64,000 nucleotides of DNA from Calditrichia bacterium (GCA_050633245.1 JBOEGD010000007.1:251624-315623), one strand, 5' to 3'. Counted from the first letter of the stretch, positions 10,521 through 21,272 are shown. The notes: a model not told the origin generated them from the letters alone. Made by a program: numbers and translations.

Positions 10521-11912
10521 CTACCGCCCGGTTGCCGCAACATCCATGTGGCTTAATACGGTCTCCATACGCATCCCGCGTGACCCTTTTAGTAACACAA
10601 TGTCGCCTTTCTGCAGATAGTCTTGCAGGTGATCGGCTATTGCTTCATGTGAACTATACCAGTTGCATTCAGTCTGATCCGCGTTTCCGCGAATCTCACT
10701 CAGCGCGGCTTTGCTTGCCGGGCCATACAACAAGACTAAATCTAACTGTTCATCAACAGCAAGCCGTCCCATGGCCTGATGTTCTTCCATCTCAAAATCT
10801 CCAAGTTCCAGCATATCTCCCATTACCAGAACTGCCCGACCACCCTTTTCCTTCATTGCAGCGAGATACCGTATTGCCGCTGCCATCGAGTCGGGATTCG
10901 CGTTATAAGCATCATTTAAATAAAGAATGCCATCGCGGCGAAAGTATTCCATACGCTTTCCCGTTGGGCGAAACGCTTCCAAAGCTTTTTTAATCTGTTC
11001 TACCGACAAACCGGCATTTAAACCCACCGCAGCAGCAAACAGCGCATTCATCAATTGGTGCTCACCGGGAATTGCCAGCTTAATATTCGTTTCACCGTTT
11101 AGAAGGAACGTTGCACAACCAAGATCATCCAGTTCTGCCAACATGCCCCATACCTCACAGTCTGCCGTTAAACCAACACGGATAGACCTGGCAGCTTTTC
11201 CCTTATAATTGCGTAACCGTTCATCTTCCATATTTATGAAGATGGTTCCGGATTCAACGGCGTCTAAAAGCGCCGTTTTTTCTTCATAAATTGCATCAAG
11301 ACCATCAAAGAAGCCGACATGACCTTTACCAACGTTCGTGACTAATGCATCATCCGGTTTCGCCAATGAGGCTAAGAGACCTATCTCACCCGGATGATTG
11401 GTTCCCATTTCCAAAATTGCAAATTTTGAATCAAAATCGAGATCCAACAGCATCAGAGGCAGACCGATATGATTATTTTTATTCCCCTCGCTACGAAAAA
11501 CAGAAAACCCTTCTGCCAAAACGGCCGCAATCATTTCACGAGTGGTTGTCTTTCCGTTTGAGCCGGTAACACCGATCACCTGTCCACCATAAAAACCGCG
11601 GTGCCAGGCCGCCAACTGCTGCAAAAAGTCCAGCGTATTATCTACTGCAACAACATCCCCCTCGAGTGGATGAGCGGCCAGCCAATCATGCTGAACAACC
11701 ACTGCACCTGCCTCTTTTTCCAGAGCAGTAGCGGCATAATCATGTCCATCATGATTCTCACCTTTTATTGCGATAAACAAGTCACCAGCCGCAATCGTCC
11801 GGCTGTCTATCGACAGCGGAAGATAGCCCGTTTCAGGGCTGCTCAGCTTTGCCTGACAGGGATAACCGTTCAGGAAATCGATCAGTGCGCGATGGTGACT
11901 ATTTGTTTTCAC
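10521..11912 (-). CDS. murF: UDP-MurNAc-tripeptide--D-Ala-D-Ala ligase MurF
   Basis: IDSRT, P-loop TGSNGKTTT, NNHIGLP, LEMGTNHPGEI, DAYNANPDSM, GDMLELG, KGSRGM. Confidence 0.96.
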   Translation of the reverse strand: MKTNSHHRALIDFLNGYPCQAKLSSPETGYLPLSIDSRTIAAGDLFIAIKGENHDGHDYAATALEKEAGAVVVQHDWLAAHPLEGDVVAVDNTLDFLQQLAAWHRGFYGGQVIGVTGSNGKTTTREMIAAVLAEGFSVFRSEGNKNNHIGLPLMLLDLDFDSKFAILEMGTNHPGEIGLLASLAKPDDALVTNVGKGHVGFFDGLDAIYEEKTALLDAVESGTIFINMEDERLRNYKGKAARSIRVGLTADCEVWGMLAELDDLGCATFLLNGETNIKLAIPGEHQLMNALFAAAVGLNAGLSVEQIKKALEAFRPTGKRMEYFRRDGILYLNDAYNANPDSMAAAIRYLAAMKEKGGRAVLVMGDMLELGDFEMEEHQAMGRLAVDEQLDLVLLYGPASKAALSEIRGNADQTECNWYSSHEAIADHLQDYLQKGDIVLLKGSRGMRMETVLSHMDVAATGR

Positions 11913-11939
11913 TAAATTCTCTCTACTTAAAAACTCTTG

Positions 11940-14069
11940 TTATGGTTTACAAAACAACATGACTTCAGCATTTCCGGCCAGCTTGCGACCAGGAGCCGGC
12001 GTTTGCTTCTGAACAATTCCATTTCCTTCAACGGAAACAGATACATCCCATTGTCCCAGCACCTGCAATGCTTCCTTCAAACTCAGGCCGGTCAGCTTCG
12101 GCATATTTTCCTCTGCATGCAGACGTTCCGTCCAAAGCTGCACATCCTCAACTTCTGTCAAATCGGTATAGGCTGCCGGGTGCTGTCTTACAACCATATC
12201 CCCTTCCCCAACTACCTGATATGATAGCCCCTTCAATGCAATAGAATGACCGGCATCAGTAACGCTTAGCCCTTCTACAGCAGGCAAATAATTCTTGATT
12301 CGCGGCAGATCTGTGCTCGCCAGTTGCGTTTGAAATGGTCTGAGGTCTTCACCGGGCAAACCGGCAATACGACGAGCTATTCGTTTGAATGCTGGTGCAG
12401 CAACCTGACTTCCATAGTAGCCATTACGTGGGTTATTGATCACTATCATCATAACAAACCGCGGCTCTTCTGCGGGAAAGAAGCCGACAAATGAGCCGAC
12501 ATGACTGCTGGACGAGTACGTTTTTGTAAGCGAGCTAATTTTCTGAGCCGTTCCGGTTTTACCTGCGATCGAAAAGTCTGCCAGCTTGGCTGTTTGACCG
12601 GTTCCGCGCTCAACAGCGCGCGTTAGAACCTTTCTGACACGTCCGGCAGTTTCGCTCGAAATAACCTGACGCAAAACCTGAGGGCTATTAGCAGCAACAA
12701 CCTCACCACGTTCGTTCAACACGCGTTTCATTACATAAGGCTGAAGCAGCATTCCACCATTTGCAATGGCCGCATACGCGGAGACAACCTGTAGCGGTGT
12801 AACCGCAACTTCGTAACCAATACTCATATAATAAATAGAGCCTTTTGAGTAATTTCCCGGCTGATGCAGGATTCCCGGAGACTCTGCGGGTAGATCGATA
12901 CCGCTGCGCGCGCCGAAACCGAAGTCACGGGAATAGCGATAGAAATCCTGCTTATCAAATTTGTCTGCCAGCTTTATCACACCGATATTACTTGATTGCT
13001 CGAACACCTGACTGGCAGAGAGATACTTAAATTTCTTGTGATCGCGAATCACCTTGTTTACCAGCTTAAAGCTACCGTTCTCACAATAAACCAGCTCGTT
13101 GTCAATATCGAGCTCCAGCTGCTCGAGCAGAAGCGTCATGGCAACCATCTTATAGGTAGAGCCTGGCTCATATGGGTCGGTAATCACGCGATTGCGGAAG
13201 TTAGCCAGCTTATAGTTGCCGTATTGGTTCGGGTTAAATCCAGGATAATTCGCCATACCAAGCACTTCACCGGTATGAGGATTAAGCAGCACGGCCGTGC
13301 CGTTTTTCGCTTTGTGTTCCTTAACAGCGTTCTGCAATTCTTCTTCAAGAATTCCCTGATAAACCATATCAATAGTCGTTTCGACGGTCAGACCATTTTG
13401 CGGCTCCACGGTAGGGAAATTGATATTCGGGAATTGATTCCCGAGTGCATCACGTAAATAAATGGACCAGCCAGACTGTCCGGATAGCAGCTTGTCATAC
13501 TGTAGCTCCAAGCCGCCTTTGGCATAGTTTTCATAGTCGCAATAACCAACCAGCTGCGCAGCTTGCTGTCCGTACGGGTAATAGCGGCTGAACTTTTTCT
13601 CCAGCTGAAGCCCCGGCAGTTTCAATGACCGGAGCTTTTCTGCCTGCTCCAGACTAACGCGTTTGTTTAAATAGACAAAGGGTTTACCGGCCGGCATCTT
13701 TTTAAGGAGGGATCGGGTTGGGACCTTTAATATCTCGGCAATACGTTTAGCTGCAGCCTGGCGATCATCCAACTGACCGGGACGAACAGCTAAAGTAAAC
13801 TGCACTAAATCAACAGCAATTGGTTGATTATTGCGATCAACAATAGAACCACGCATACCGGGCAGTTCGCGTCGATTTTCCAAATGCCCACGCGCGATAC
13901 TGCGATAGTGATCATGACGTACGATCTGTACGTAGATTAACCGCCCAATTATGGCGGCGAATCCCAGCAACCAGATTAGAGTCAGAATACCGAGTCTATT
14001 CTGAATACCCTGCTCTAAGGGGTTCTTGCTGAAGATCTTGCTTTTTTTCTTGCTGGTCTTTCTGAACAT
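11940..14069 (-). CDS. ftsI: Class B penicillin-binding protein FtsI with C-terminal PASTA domains
   Basis: RGSIVDRN, SxxK (PGSTYK), SSN, KTGT and two PASTA-like repeats. ATG 14069 is preferred over TTG 14078. Confidence 0.95.
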   Translation of the reverse strand: MFRKTSKKKSKIFSKNPLEQGIQNRLGILTLIWLLGFAAIIGRLIYVQIVRHDHYRSIARGHLENRRELPGMRGSIVDRNNQPIAVDLVQFTLAVRPGQLDDRQAAAKRIAEILKVPTRSLLKKMPAGKPFVYLNKRVSLEQAEKLRSLKLPGLQLEKKFSRYYPYGQQAAQLVGYCDYENYAKGGLELQYDKLLSGQSGWSIYLRDALGNQFPNINFPTVEPQNGLTVETTIDMVYQGILEEELQNAVKEHKAKNGTAVLLNPHTGEVLGMANYPGFNPNQYGNYKLANFRNRVITDPYEPGSTYKMVAMTLLLEQLELDIDNELVYCENGSFKLVNKVIRDHKKFKYLSASQVFEQSSNIGVIKLADKFDKQDFYRYSRDFGFGARSGIDLPAESPGILHQPGNYSKGSIYYMSIGYEVAVTPLQVVSAYAAIANGGMLLQPYVMKRVLNERGEVVAANSPQVLRQVISSETAGRVRKVLTRAVERGTGQTAKLADFSIAGKTGTAQKISSLTKTYSSSSHVGSFVGFFPAEEPRFVMMIVINNPRNGYYGSQVAAPAFKRIARRIAGLPGEDLRPFQTQLASTDLPRIKNYLPAVEGLSVTDAGHSIALKGLSYQVVGEGDMVVRQHPAAYTDLTEVEDVQLWTERLHAEENMPKLTGLSLKEALQVLGQWDVSVSVEGNGIVQKQTPAPGRKLAGNAEVMLFCKP

Positions 14070-14556
14070 AATAGTCAAACGCCTTCTGGTCTACCCTGAG
14101 CACGGAACGATTTCTTGCGGCATCCAGCCCGAGCCGCTCACGTGTCACCTTCAGGATGCGTTGATTGTTCTTCAACCTGGTATTAATATTGGCTTTCAGT
14201 CTACTATTCTCGCTTTGAAGGCGAAGAATTTTATCCTGAAGCACCTTGGTTTCTTTTACTGTTTCGGTAACCTTATACTCTTTCCATTGGTAGACCAGAA
14301 ATAATCCGGCCACTACCATAATTGCGGCAAAAATGGTTGTTATAACAGTCGCACCATAAAGCGTATTGCGCACGCCTTTGCGGAACTGTAGCTTGGCAAC
14401 TTCTGCCCGGGTTTGCTTTTTCTTGCGTTTCCGGGAAGCAGCTCTTGCTTTCGTCGTCGCAGAAGCAGCCTTGGAAGGATTGCCCTTCGCCGCGCTTTTA
14501 CGCTTAGCGGGCGCCTTCTTTGCCGTTTTTTTTCTGTTCTGATGCTGCAGAGCCAT
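13996..14556 (-). CDS. ftsL: FtsL-like cell division protein with a long Lys/Ala/Arg-rich N-terminus
   Basis: Lies between rsmH and ftsI; one TM followed by a coiled coil (LQDKILRLQSENSRLKA...RILKVTRERLGL). Confidence 0.75.
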   Translation of the reverse strand: MALQHQNRKKTAKKAPAKRKSAAKGNPSKAASATTKARAASRKRKKKQTRAEVAKLQFRKGVRNTLYGATVITTIFAAIMVVAGLFLVYQWKEYKVTETVKETKVLQDKILRLQSENSRLKANINTRLKNNQRILKVTRERLGLDAARNRSVLRVDQKAFDYYVQKDQQEKKQDLQQEPLRAGYSE

Positions 14557-15503
14557 TAGTAATCCAGTTCTTTATATGCCGTCAACTTCTTTGCAACCCG
14601 CATTCGGGCACTTCGGGAACGCGGGTTTTCTGCTACCTCTGCCTCACTGGCAACAACACCGCGTTCGAGTATCTTTACTTCTTTTTCCTTGTCGCAGCGA
14701 CACACAGGAAACTCTTGTGGACAAATACAGTCGCGCTGTTTTTCCTGCAAAAATCGTTTTACAATTCTATCTTCTAATGAATGGTAGCTTATTACAACCA
14801 ATCGCCCATCCTGCTTCAAAGAATCAAACGCCTGCTGTAGCGCTTTTTCCAATCTTTCCAGCTCACGGTTCACTTCAATTCGAAGCGCCTGAAAAACACG
14901 AGCAAGTGACTTATTCAAAAAGCGCTCGCCGGTAATTCGCCTTACCACATCGACAAGCTGTGAACTACGCGTAAAGGCCTCAACCTGACGCACAGCAACA
15001 ATATCTCGTGCAATCGCCCGCCAGTGACGTTCTTCTCCGTAACTGCGTATGATCCGCGCCAGCTCATCCTGCGAATAGTCATTCAGAATGTCTTCTGCCG
15101 TTAGACGTTGCCGCTGATCGAAGCGCATATCGAGCGGCCCATCTACGCGAAACGTAAAACCGCGTGAGGCCTCATCGATTTGGTACGACGATATCCCGAG
15201 ATCGAAGAACACACCGTCGACCGGGATCTGCATAAGCTCGTAGAGCACAACGTCCAGTTGATCGTAGAAGACCTGTCTGGCGTCAAAATTATCAAAGCGC
15301 TTTAACCGTTCGGTGGCGTAGGCTATTGCGTCTGCATCTGCATCGATGCCTATAACCCGGCCGCTGGTCCCCAGCGCGTCTAAAAATCGTTCGGTATGTC
15401 CGCCACCGCCAAGGGTGCAGTCGACATAGATACCTGATTCATTTTTTAAAAGGTGTGCAACACTCTCTTCCGGTAATACCGGGGCATGGTATTGACTGCT
15501 CAT
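14556..15503 (-). CDS. rsmH: 16S rRNA m4C1402 methyltransferase RsmH
   Basis: HAPVL, DCTLGGGGH, DLGISSYQ, FQALRIEVN, SYHSLEDR, NPRSRSA. Confidence 0.98.
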   Translation of the reverse strand: MSSQYHAPVLPEESVAHLLKNESGIYVDCTLGGGGHTERFLDALGTSGRVIGIDADADAIAYATERLKRFDNFDARQVFYDQLDVVLYELMQIPVDGVFFDLGISSYQIDEASRGFTFRVDGPLDMRFDQRQRLTAEDILNDYSQDELARIIRSYGEERHWRAIARDIVAVRQVEAFTRSSQLVDVVRRITGERFLNKSLARVFQALRIEVNRELERLEKALQQAFDSLKQDGRLVVISYHSLEDRIVKRFLQEKQRDCICPQEFPVCRCDKEKEVKILERGVVASEAEVAENPRSRSARMRVAKKLTAYKELDY

Positions 15504-15539
15504 GGCCTGTTCCTTTCAACTGACTCCGGCGCATGCGCG

Positions 15540-15980
15540 CTAGATATCCAGATCCAGGGAGATGCGCTGAAACTCTGCTTCTGTTTTGCGCACATAGTCC
15601 TCATAGCGTGCCGGCTGCCAAAGCTCAATCTTTTGCTCGTAACCAACAACAAGAACTTCTCCTTCGAGCCCGGCGTAATCGATAAGATTGGTCGTAAGGT
15701 TCAATCGTCCCTGCTTATCGATTCGTTGCTCAGAGGCCTGATACATTAAGCGGCGAGAAATGACGGCAAACTCACGGTCACTCGTCAAGCGCGATTTAAT
15801 CGCGGCAACCGTATCTTGCCAGGATTGCAGGGGATACATTGCGATACAGGTTTCGGATGCACGAACGAGAATAAGCGTATCCTCGTCTTCTTCCCGAAGA
15901 TTCTTGCGAAACTTCGCCGGGAAGTTGATCCGTCCTTTCGTATCCAATGTGCTTTTAAAACTGCCCCAGAACCCACTCAT
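15540..15980 (-). CDS. mraZ: Transcriptional regulator MraZ
   Basis: Two DxxGR repeats (LDTKGRINFP, IDKQGRL); first gene of dcw. ATG 15980 is preferred over GTG 15995. Confidence 0.95.
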   Translation of the reverse strand: MSGFWGSFKSTLDTKGRINFPAKFRKNLREEDEDTLILVRASETCIAMYPLQSWQDTVAAIKSRLTSDREFAVISRRLMYQASEQRIDKQGRLNLTTNLIDYAGLEGEVLVVGYEQKIELWQPARYEDYVRKTEAEFQRISLDLDI

Positions 15981-16002
15981 TAGGCCTCTTTTCACCCTTT
16001 AG

Positions 16003-16038
16003 ATGGAATAAAGTGGAATTTTCTCCACTCAACACCAC
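16003..16038. promoter_or_regulatory. Putative MraZ operator (GTGG-type boxes at 10-bp period)
   Basis: Minus strand reads GTGGTG-N4-GTGGAG-N4-TTCCAC-N4-TTCCAT directly upstream of mraZ. MraZ is known to bind (G)TGG-type repeats spaced 10 bp apart. Confidence 0.65.
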
Positions 16039-16233
16039 CAATATCACAGCTTTTTATTTATAAATCAAGAAGAAAAGTAAAAATTGAGGAATAACAATAC
16101 TTCTCAGCTGCTGTCAGGGTTCGCTTAAACTTATCCCTGAAAATGAGACAAAATTCCGGTATATCTACTTAAATCTCCGGCTGAAGTCTGAAAAGCCAAC
16201 AATTTTGGAAGGGTAATATGAGCGATGGAGGAC

Positions 16234-16272
16234 AAAAAAAGCCCGCCGGAATGAATTCCGGCGGGCAAAAAA
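16234..16272 (-). terminator. Intrinsic terminator after queA
   Basis: GCCCGCCGGAAT/ATTCCGGCGGGC inverted repeat followed by T7 on the minus strand. Confidence 0.85.
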
Positions 16273-16309
16273 CATTAGAGAGCCAGGCGCGAAATGAAAA
16301 ATCACATCG

Positions 16310-17338
16310 CTACAGAATGAGCATCGAGTCGCCATAGGAATAGAAACGATACTTTTCTTTAACCGCCTGTTTGTAAGAATGCATAACAAACTCATGTCCA
16401 CCAAAGGCTGACGTCAGCATTAGCAGTGTGGACTGCGGCAGATGAAAATTCGTTATTAAGCGATCAACTGCACGAAACTGATGCGGAGGAAAGATAAAGC
16501 GGTCCGTCCAGCCAGTTCCCTGTCTGACAAATCCGGAACGGTCTGCAACCGTCTCAAGAACGCGAACAGATGTCGTTCCAACTGCAATCACGGAATTACC
16601 ATCATCGCGTGCCTCATTAATAGCACGTGCGGTTTCCTTGGTAATCTCATAGAACTCAGAGTGCATCTGGTGGCGAGAGATATCATCTACCTGCACCGGC
16701 TTAAATGTGCCAAGTCCGACGTGCAGCGTTACAGTCACGACATTCACTCCCTTGGCCTTCAACGCATCCATCAGCTCGGTTGTAAAGTGCAGACCGGCAG
16801 TCGGCGCTGCTACAGCTCCACGCCTGGTCGCGTAAACCGTCTGGTAATATTCACGATCACGCGGTTCCGGATCACGCTTGATATAGGGCGGCAGTGGTGT
16901 TTGACCCACTTCTTCCAATATTTCAAAGAAGTCGCCATCACAGTGCACTTCAATAATGCGTCCACCTGAGACCGTATTATCAATGATATCGCAGGAAAAG
17001 CGCTCATCAAATACAATCTTATTTCCAAGGCGCACTTTTCGAGCCGGTTTTACCATCACTTCCCAAATCCCGTTTTCGAGATTGCGAAGCAGAAACACCT
17101 CTACCTTGGCACCCGTTTTATCCTTCATCCCGATAAGACGGGCAGGAAAAACAGACGTGTCATTTACAACCAGACAGTCGCCGGGCTTAAAGTATTCGAG
17201 TATTTCATCGAATTTGCGATGTACGATTTCGTGTGTCCTGCGGTTCAAGACCATCATTCGACACTGATCGCGTTCTTCAAGTGGGTATTGTGAAACTAGC
17301 TTATCAGGAAGATTATATTCGAAATCTGCCAGTTTCAA
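16310..17338 (-). CDS. queA: S-adenosylmethionine:tRNA ribosyltransferase-isomerase QueA
   Basis: TTG 17338 gives the typical start MKLADFEYNLP; PLPPYIKR, AVAAPTAGLHF, LHVGLGTF, TNFHLP, YRFYSYGDSM. Confidence 0.97.
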   Translation of the reverse strand: MKLADFEYNLPDKLVSQYPLEERDQCRMMVLNRRTHEIVHRKFDEILEYFKPGDCLVVNDTSVFPARLIGMKDKTGAKVEVFLLRNLENGIWEVMVKPARKVRLGNKIVFDERFSCDIIDNTVSGGRIIEVHCDGDFFEILEEVGQTPLPPYIKRDPEPRDREYYQTVYATRRGAVAAPTAGLHFTTELMDALKAKGVNVVTVTLHVGLGTFKPVQVDDISRHQMHSEFYEITKETARAINEARDDGNSVIAVGTTSVRVLETVADRSGFVRQGTGWTDRFIFPPHQFRAVDRLITNFHLPQSTLLMLTSAFGGHEFVMHSYKQAVKEKYRFYSYGDSMLIL

Positions 17339-17357
17339 CTTAATGCTATTATCATCT

Positions 17358-18398
17358 TCAAAAAAGTTCTTGCTGGAATCCATATCCCCTCTGCTCATAG
17401 TTAAAATGTTCGTAGGCAAATTTTGTAGCTACTCTGCCACGCGGTGTCCGCTTTATGAATCCTTCCTGGATTAGATAGGGTTCATAGATTTCTTCTATTG
17501 TGTCACCTTCTTCTCCAACAGCGACCGCCAGTGTACTGAGTCCGACCGGCCCGCCATTGTATTTTTCAACTATCGTTGCAATAATGCGCTTATCCATTTC
17601 GTCGAGTCCCATGGCATCGACTTCGAGCATCTTAAGCGCCATATCGGCTACTTCTTTGGTGATAACGCCATCGGCCTTCACCTGAGCGAAATCACGCGTT
17701 CGCCTCAAGAGGCGATTTGCCACTCGCGGTGTTCCGCGCGAGCGTCGTGCTATCTCCATTGCGCCTTCTGCTTCTATCTCAACATTCAACAAATCTGCAG
17801 AACGTCGCACAATATGATATAAATCTTCGGCCTGGTAGTAATCCAACCTTAAAACAACGCCAAAGCGGGCACGCATGGGCGCTGTCAGCAAGCCGGCACG
17901 CGTCGTTGCTCCTACCAGTGTAAACCGCGGCAGGTCAATTTGTATCGTACGGGCATTGGCTCCGCGATCAATCATGATATCGAGTTTAAAATCCTCCATC
18001 GCGGAATACAGATATTCTTCTACGACATGGTTGAGACGATGTATCTCATCAATAAAGAGCACATCATTGTCCTGCAAATTTGTCAACAGTCCGGCCAAAT
18101 CTCCGGCCTTATCCAGAACAGGGCCAGACGTCGTGGTGATGTTGACCTTCAGTTCATTCGAGATAATATACGCCAGCGTCGTTTTGCCCAGCCCCGGAGG
18201 CCCGTATAAAAGCACATGATCTAATGCATCCTCACGCTGCAACGTTGCTTCGATAAACACTTTCAGATTATCGGTTTGCTTTTGCTGGCCGACAAAATCG
18301 TCGAAGGCACTGGGACGCAATGCAGCATCAATCGCCTGCTCATCTCCACGCAGGAAAGGATCAATGGCATCTCTGTCCGGGCTGTGTTCGTCGTTCAT
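17358..18398 (-). CDS. ruvB: Holliday junction helicase RuvB
   Basis: [38 protein letters not shown]. Confidence 0.99.
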   Translation of the reverse strand: MNDEHSPDRDAIDPFLRGDEQAIDAALRPSAFDDFVGQQKQTDNLKVFIEATLQREDALDHVLLYGPPGLGKTTLAYIISNELKVNITTTSGPVLDKAGDLAGLLTNLQDNDVLFIDEIHRLNHVVEEYLYSAMEDFKLDIMIDRGANARTIQIDLPRFTLVGATTRAGLLTAPMRARFGVVLRLDYYQAEDLYHIVRRSADLLNVEIEAEGAMEIARRSRGTPRVANRLLRRTRDFAQVKADGVITKEVADMALKMLEVDAMGLDEMDKRIIATIVEKYNGGPVGLSTLAVAVGEEGDTIEEIYEPYLIQEGFIKRTPRGRVATKFAYEHFNYEQRGYGFQQELF

Positions 18399-18399
18399 C

Positions 18400-19014
18400 T
18401 CAGGCTACCTTTAGTGCACGTTTAACCAATTCCTGTAGCGTCAATTCTTCGGGCGCAGCCTTTATCACCGCGTCCACTTTACGTCGAGCATCCGCATCTT
18501 TAAACCCGAGTGCCAGAAGCGCCTGTAGCGCCTCATACGCTATTCCGCCGGGTGCCGCAACCGGTTGCCCGCTTGCTGTACCGGTTTTCCCCAGAAGTTC
18601 TGTAGCGCCCTGGGTATAGATTTTTTCCTTCAATTCTAAAATTAAACGCTGCGCTGTCTTTTTACCAACACCGGGGATGCGAGTCAACATCGCTACATTT
18701 TCATTGGCTATCGCATTCCGTAAATCATCACTATTGCCTCCGGAAAGAATTGCCAGAGCCAACTTCGGCCCCACTCCGGAAATAGTAATCAGCAATCGAA
18801 AAATCTCTCTTTCCGCCAAATCGGCAAATCCATAAAGCTGCAATATATCTTCACGCACGTGTAGATGTGTGAACAGCTGCACGGCATCGCCACCACGCTC
18901 AATTATCTGGAAGGAATTCAGCGAAATATGAACGCCGACACCAAGTCCATGACAATCCAGCACGCAGAAGGATGGAGTTTTTTCAATGATTTGTCCGCTA
19001 ATGCGTTCAATCAT
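18400..19014 (-). CDS. ruvA: Holliday junction binding protein RuvA
   Basis: Start MIERISG overlaps the ruvC stop (ATGA); [27 protein letters not shown]. Confidence 0.97.
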   Translation of the reverse strand: MIERISGQIIEKTPSFCVLDCHGLGVGVHISLNSFQIIERGGDAVQLFTHLHVREDILQLYGFADLAEREIFRLLITISGVGPKLALAILSGGNSDDLRNAIANENVAMLTRIPGVGKKTAQRLILELKEKIYTQGATELLGKTGTASGQPVAAPGGIAYEALQALLALGFKDADARRKVDAVIKAAPEELTLQELVKRALKVA

Positions 19015-19517
19015 CCCTGTCGTCTCGCAGTTTTCATTAGCAAAAATCGAATGCGGTGAAAATGACAAATTGCAGCGGCAAGTGCATCGGCAGCATCCTG
19101 GGGCTTAGGAGGCTTCTCTGTATTTAGTATTCTGGTGACCATAGCCTGAACCTGTTGTTTCGAGGCGGCACCCGATCCCACGGTAGACATTTTTACTTCG
19201 CGGGCAGAATACTCATAAACTTCTACACCTGATTGCTGAGCGGCTAACATCGCTATTCCACGAGCATGTCCCATTACAATTGCGGTGCGGACATTCTCGT
19301 GGTAAAATACTTCTTCAACAGCACAGTGTTTCGGCTGATATTTTTCTACAACTTCACAAAGACCGTCATAAATAACCCCGAGTCGTTCCGCCAGTGGTGC
19401 ATCCTTGGCGCGATTTCGAATTCCGCCAAAACCGAGACAGCGAGGTTTGTTTTTTATAATCTCTATAACACCAAAACCGGTAATACTTATCCCCGGATCG
19501 ATTCCCAAGATAATCAC
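19011..19517 (-). CDS. ruvC: Crossover junction endodeoxyribonuclease RuvC
   Basis: ILGIDPG, AVEEVF, HARG, KQQV, DAADALAAAICH. Confidence 0.98.
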   Translation of the reverse strand: MIILGIDPGISITGFGVIEIIKNKPRCLGFGGIRNRAKDAPLAERLGVIYDGLCEVVEKYQPKHCAVEEVFYHENVRTAIVMGHARGIAMLAAQQSGVEVYEYSAREVKMSTVGSGAASKQQVQAMVTRILNTEKPPKPQDAADALAAAICHFHRIRFLLMKTARRQG

Positions 19518-19562
19518 ATAAGTCTCATTTCTATAAGACGTTGTCTGGAAATGCCCGGGAGG

Positions 19563-20312
19563 TTAACCGCCCAGGCTTTCCATGACGGCATCATCTATTT
19601 CGAAGTTCGCGTACACATCCTGAACATCGTCATTGTCTTCCAGAGCATCCAGCAGCTTTAAGGTCTGCTCAGCTTTTTTTCCTTCCAGAGGAACGGTATT
19701 TTGCGGAATAAATGTCGGCTTTACAGACTCCATTTCAATTCCGGCTTTTTCCAGATTACCTCGAACGACATCCAGCTGTTCGAAAGGGGTATAAACTTCG
19801 AACATACCTTCTTCAGAGACAATATCATCTGCACCGGCATCAATTGCCGTCATCATCAATTCTTCTTCATCGTGCTCGCCCGCTGGAATAAGAATCAATC
19901 CCTTGCGTTCAAACATAAAGCTTACGCAGCCGCTTTCGCCAAGATTACCACCATGCTTGCTTAGCAGATAGCGCACTTCACCAACGGTTCGATTCTTATT
20001 ATCCGTGGTGCAAATAATATAAACTGCCACGCCACCGGGTCCATAACCTTCATAGGTAATCTCTTCATACACAACGCCGGGAATCTCACCGGTTCCCTTT
20101 TTAATGGCGTTATCAATGTTCTTATTCGGCATATTCGCACCACGTGCAGCCTGGATTGCTGAACGCAGCCTTGGATTCGCCTCAACATCGCCACCACCAA
20201 TTCGAGCAGCAATCGTAATCTCTTTAATTAGCTTGGTAAAAACTTTGCCTCTTTTGGCGTCCTGCCGTTCCTTGCGAAACTTAATGTTCGCCCACTTGGA
20301 ATGTCCTGCCAT
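19563..20312 (-). CDS. yebC: YebC/PmpR family protein
   Basis: [35 protein letters not shown]; upstream of ruvC. Confidence 0.97.
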   Translation of the reverse strand: MAGHSKWANIKFRKERQDAKRGKVFTKLIKEITIAARIGGGDVEANPRLRSAIQAARGANMPNKNIDNAIKKGTGEIPGVVYEEITYEGYGPGGVAVYIICTTDNKNRTVGEVRYLLSKHGGNLGESGCVSFMFERKGLILIPAGEHDEEELMMTAIDAGADDIVSEEGMFEVYTPFEQLDVVRGNLEKAGIEMESVKPTFIPQNTVPLEGKKAEQTLKLLDALEDNDDVQDVYANFEIDDAVMESLGG

Positions 20313-20349
20313 TTATCCTCCAATTTCGATCTGCCGGTTGAGATCCTTG

Positions 20350-20871
20350 CTAGTTACGCCCGGCCCGGGCTGCACTTACCTTTGCTTTTACAATCCACGA
20401 TGTTGGATAACCGCGCTTGCGTGCCATTTCACGTAGGTTTTCCGCCACATCTCTGGAAGCGCAATCACCGATGCGAACTTTATACATTGGTGAATCGAAT
20501 TCAATATAAACGCCGATTCCGTCGCCGTTAAATACAAATTCCGCTTCTTTCTTTTCCTGAGTCGCTTTGTCGATCTCTTTCGATGCAAACAGCTGAACAC
20601 GGTAGCCATCAATTCTTCTTGGTTTGGATTCTGTTTTTACTTCCGTTGCAGTCGTCGTGCTGGAATTGACTGAGCTGTCTTTATCCGGAAAGCTCAGATC
20701 TTCATCATTCAACGTTACCGGGTCAAAAGATTCATCTGCTCCCACATGAGGTCGATCGTTCGGTACTGTTATAGTAGTAGCGGGCTTGGTAGAACCACAC
20801 CCGACCAGTAATATTACCGCAACGAACATAAGCGTATATTTTATATAGGTAAAAAGCTTGCTCATCTTCAT
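20350..20871 (-). CDS. SPOR-domain lipoprotein
   Basis: Lipobox LVGC; C-terminal GYRVQLFA...YKVRIGD...ARKRGYPTSWIV is typical of SPOR. Confidence 0.85.
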   Translation of the reverse strand: MKMSKLFTYIKYTLMFVAVILLVGCGSTKPATTITVPNDRPHVGADESFDPVTLNDEDLSFPDKDSSVNSSTTTATEVKTESKPRRIDGYRVQLFASKEIDKATQEKKEAEFVFNGDGIGVYIEFDSPMYKVRIGDCASRDVAENLREMARKRGYPTSWIVKAKVSAARAGRN

Positions 20872-21272
20872 AGTTTCCTTTCATTGCCACCTTAAAAAAG
20901 TTGTCAAAAAATAACCTAAAATCGACGCCGATTCAAGCAAATTATTTTAGCGTCATTACCCTGTTTTTTTTTGTTTTCGATCCAGCCGAAATTTTAGTAA
21001 ATTTGCTCACTTCCAATCGAAAAATTATCAGGTTTTTAGAGATTTCTCACGCTCCTTGTGCATCTAATTATAATAGGTGGCTAATTTTTTACAGAGCAAT
21101 ACCAATTTTGAACCGCCCCGGGACGATAAATACTGCAAAGGTTATGCAATTCCGTTACCTTAACTAAATATACCGAATATACGGCTTTGATAATCATCAC
21201 AATAAATTTCACAAATTGTCGTTTTTTTATGCTGCATCTACTGAACTATCAATCATGACAGGAGCGCTGTTG

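Noticed and set aside
17339-17419. Long queA/ruvB overlap in the ORF track
   Set aside because: TTG 17338 gives the canonical QueA N-terminus and removes the overlap.
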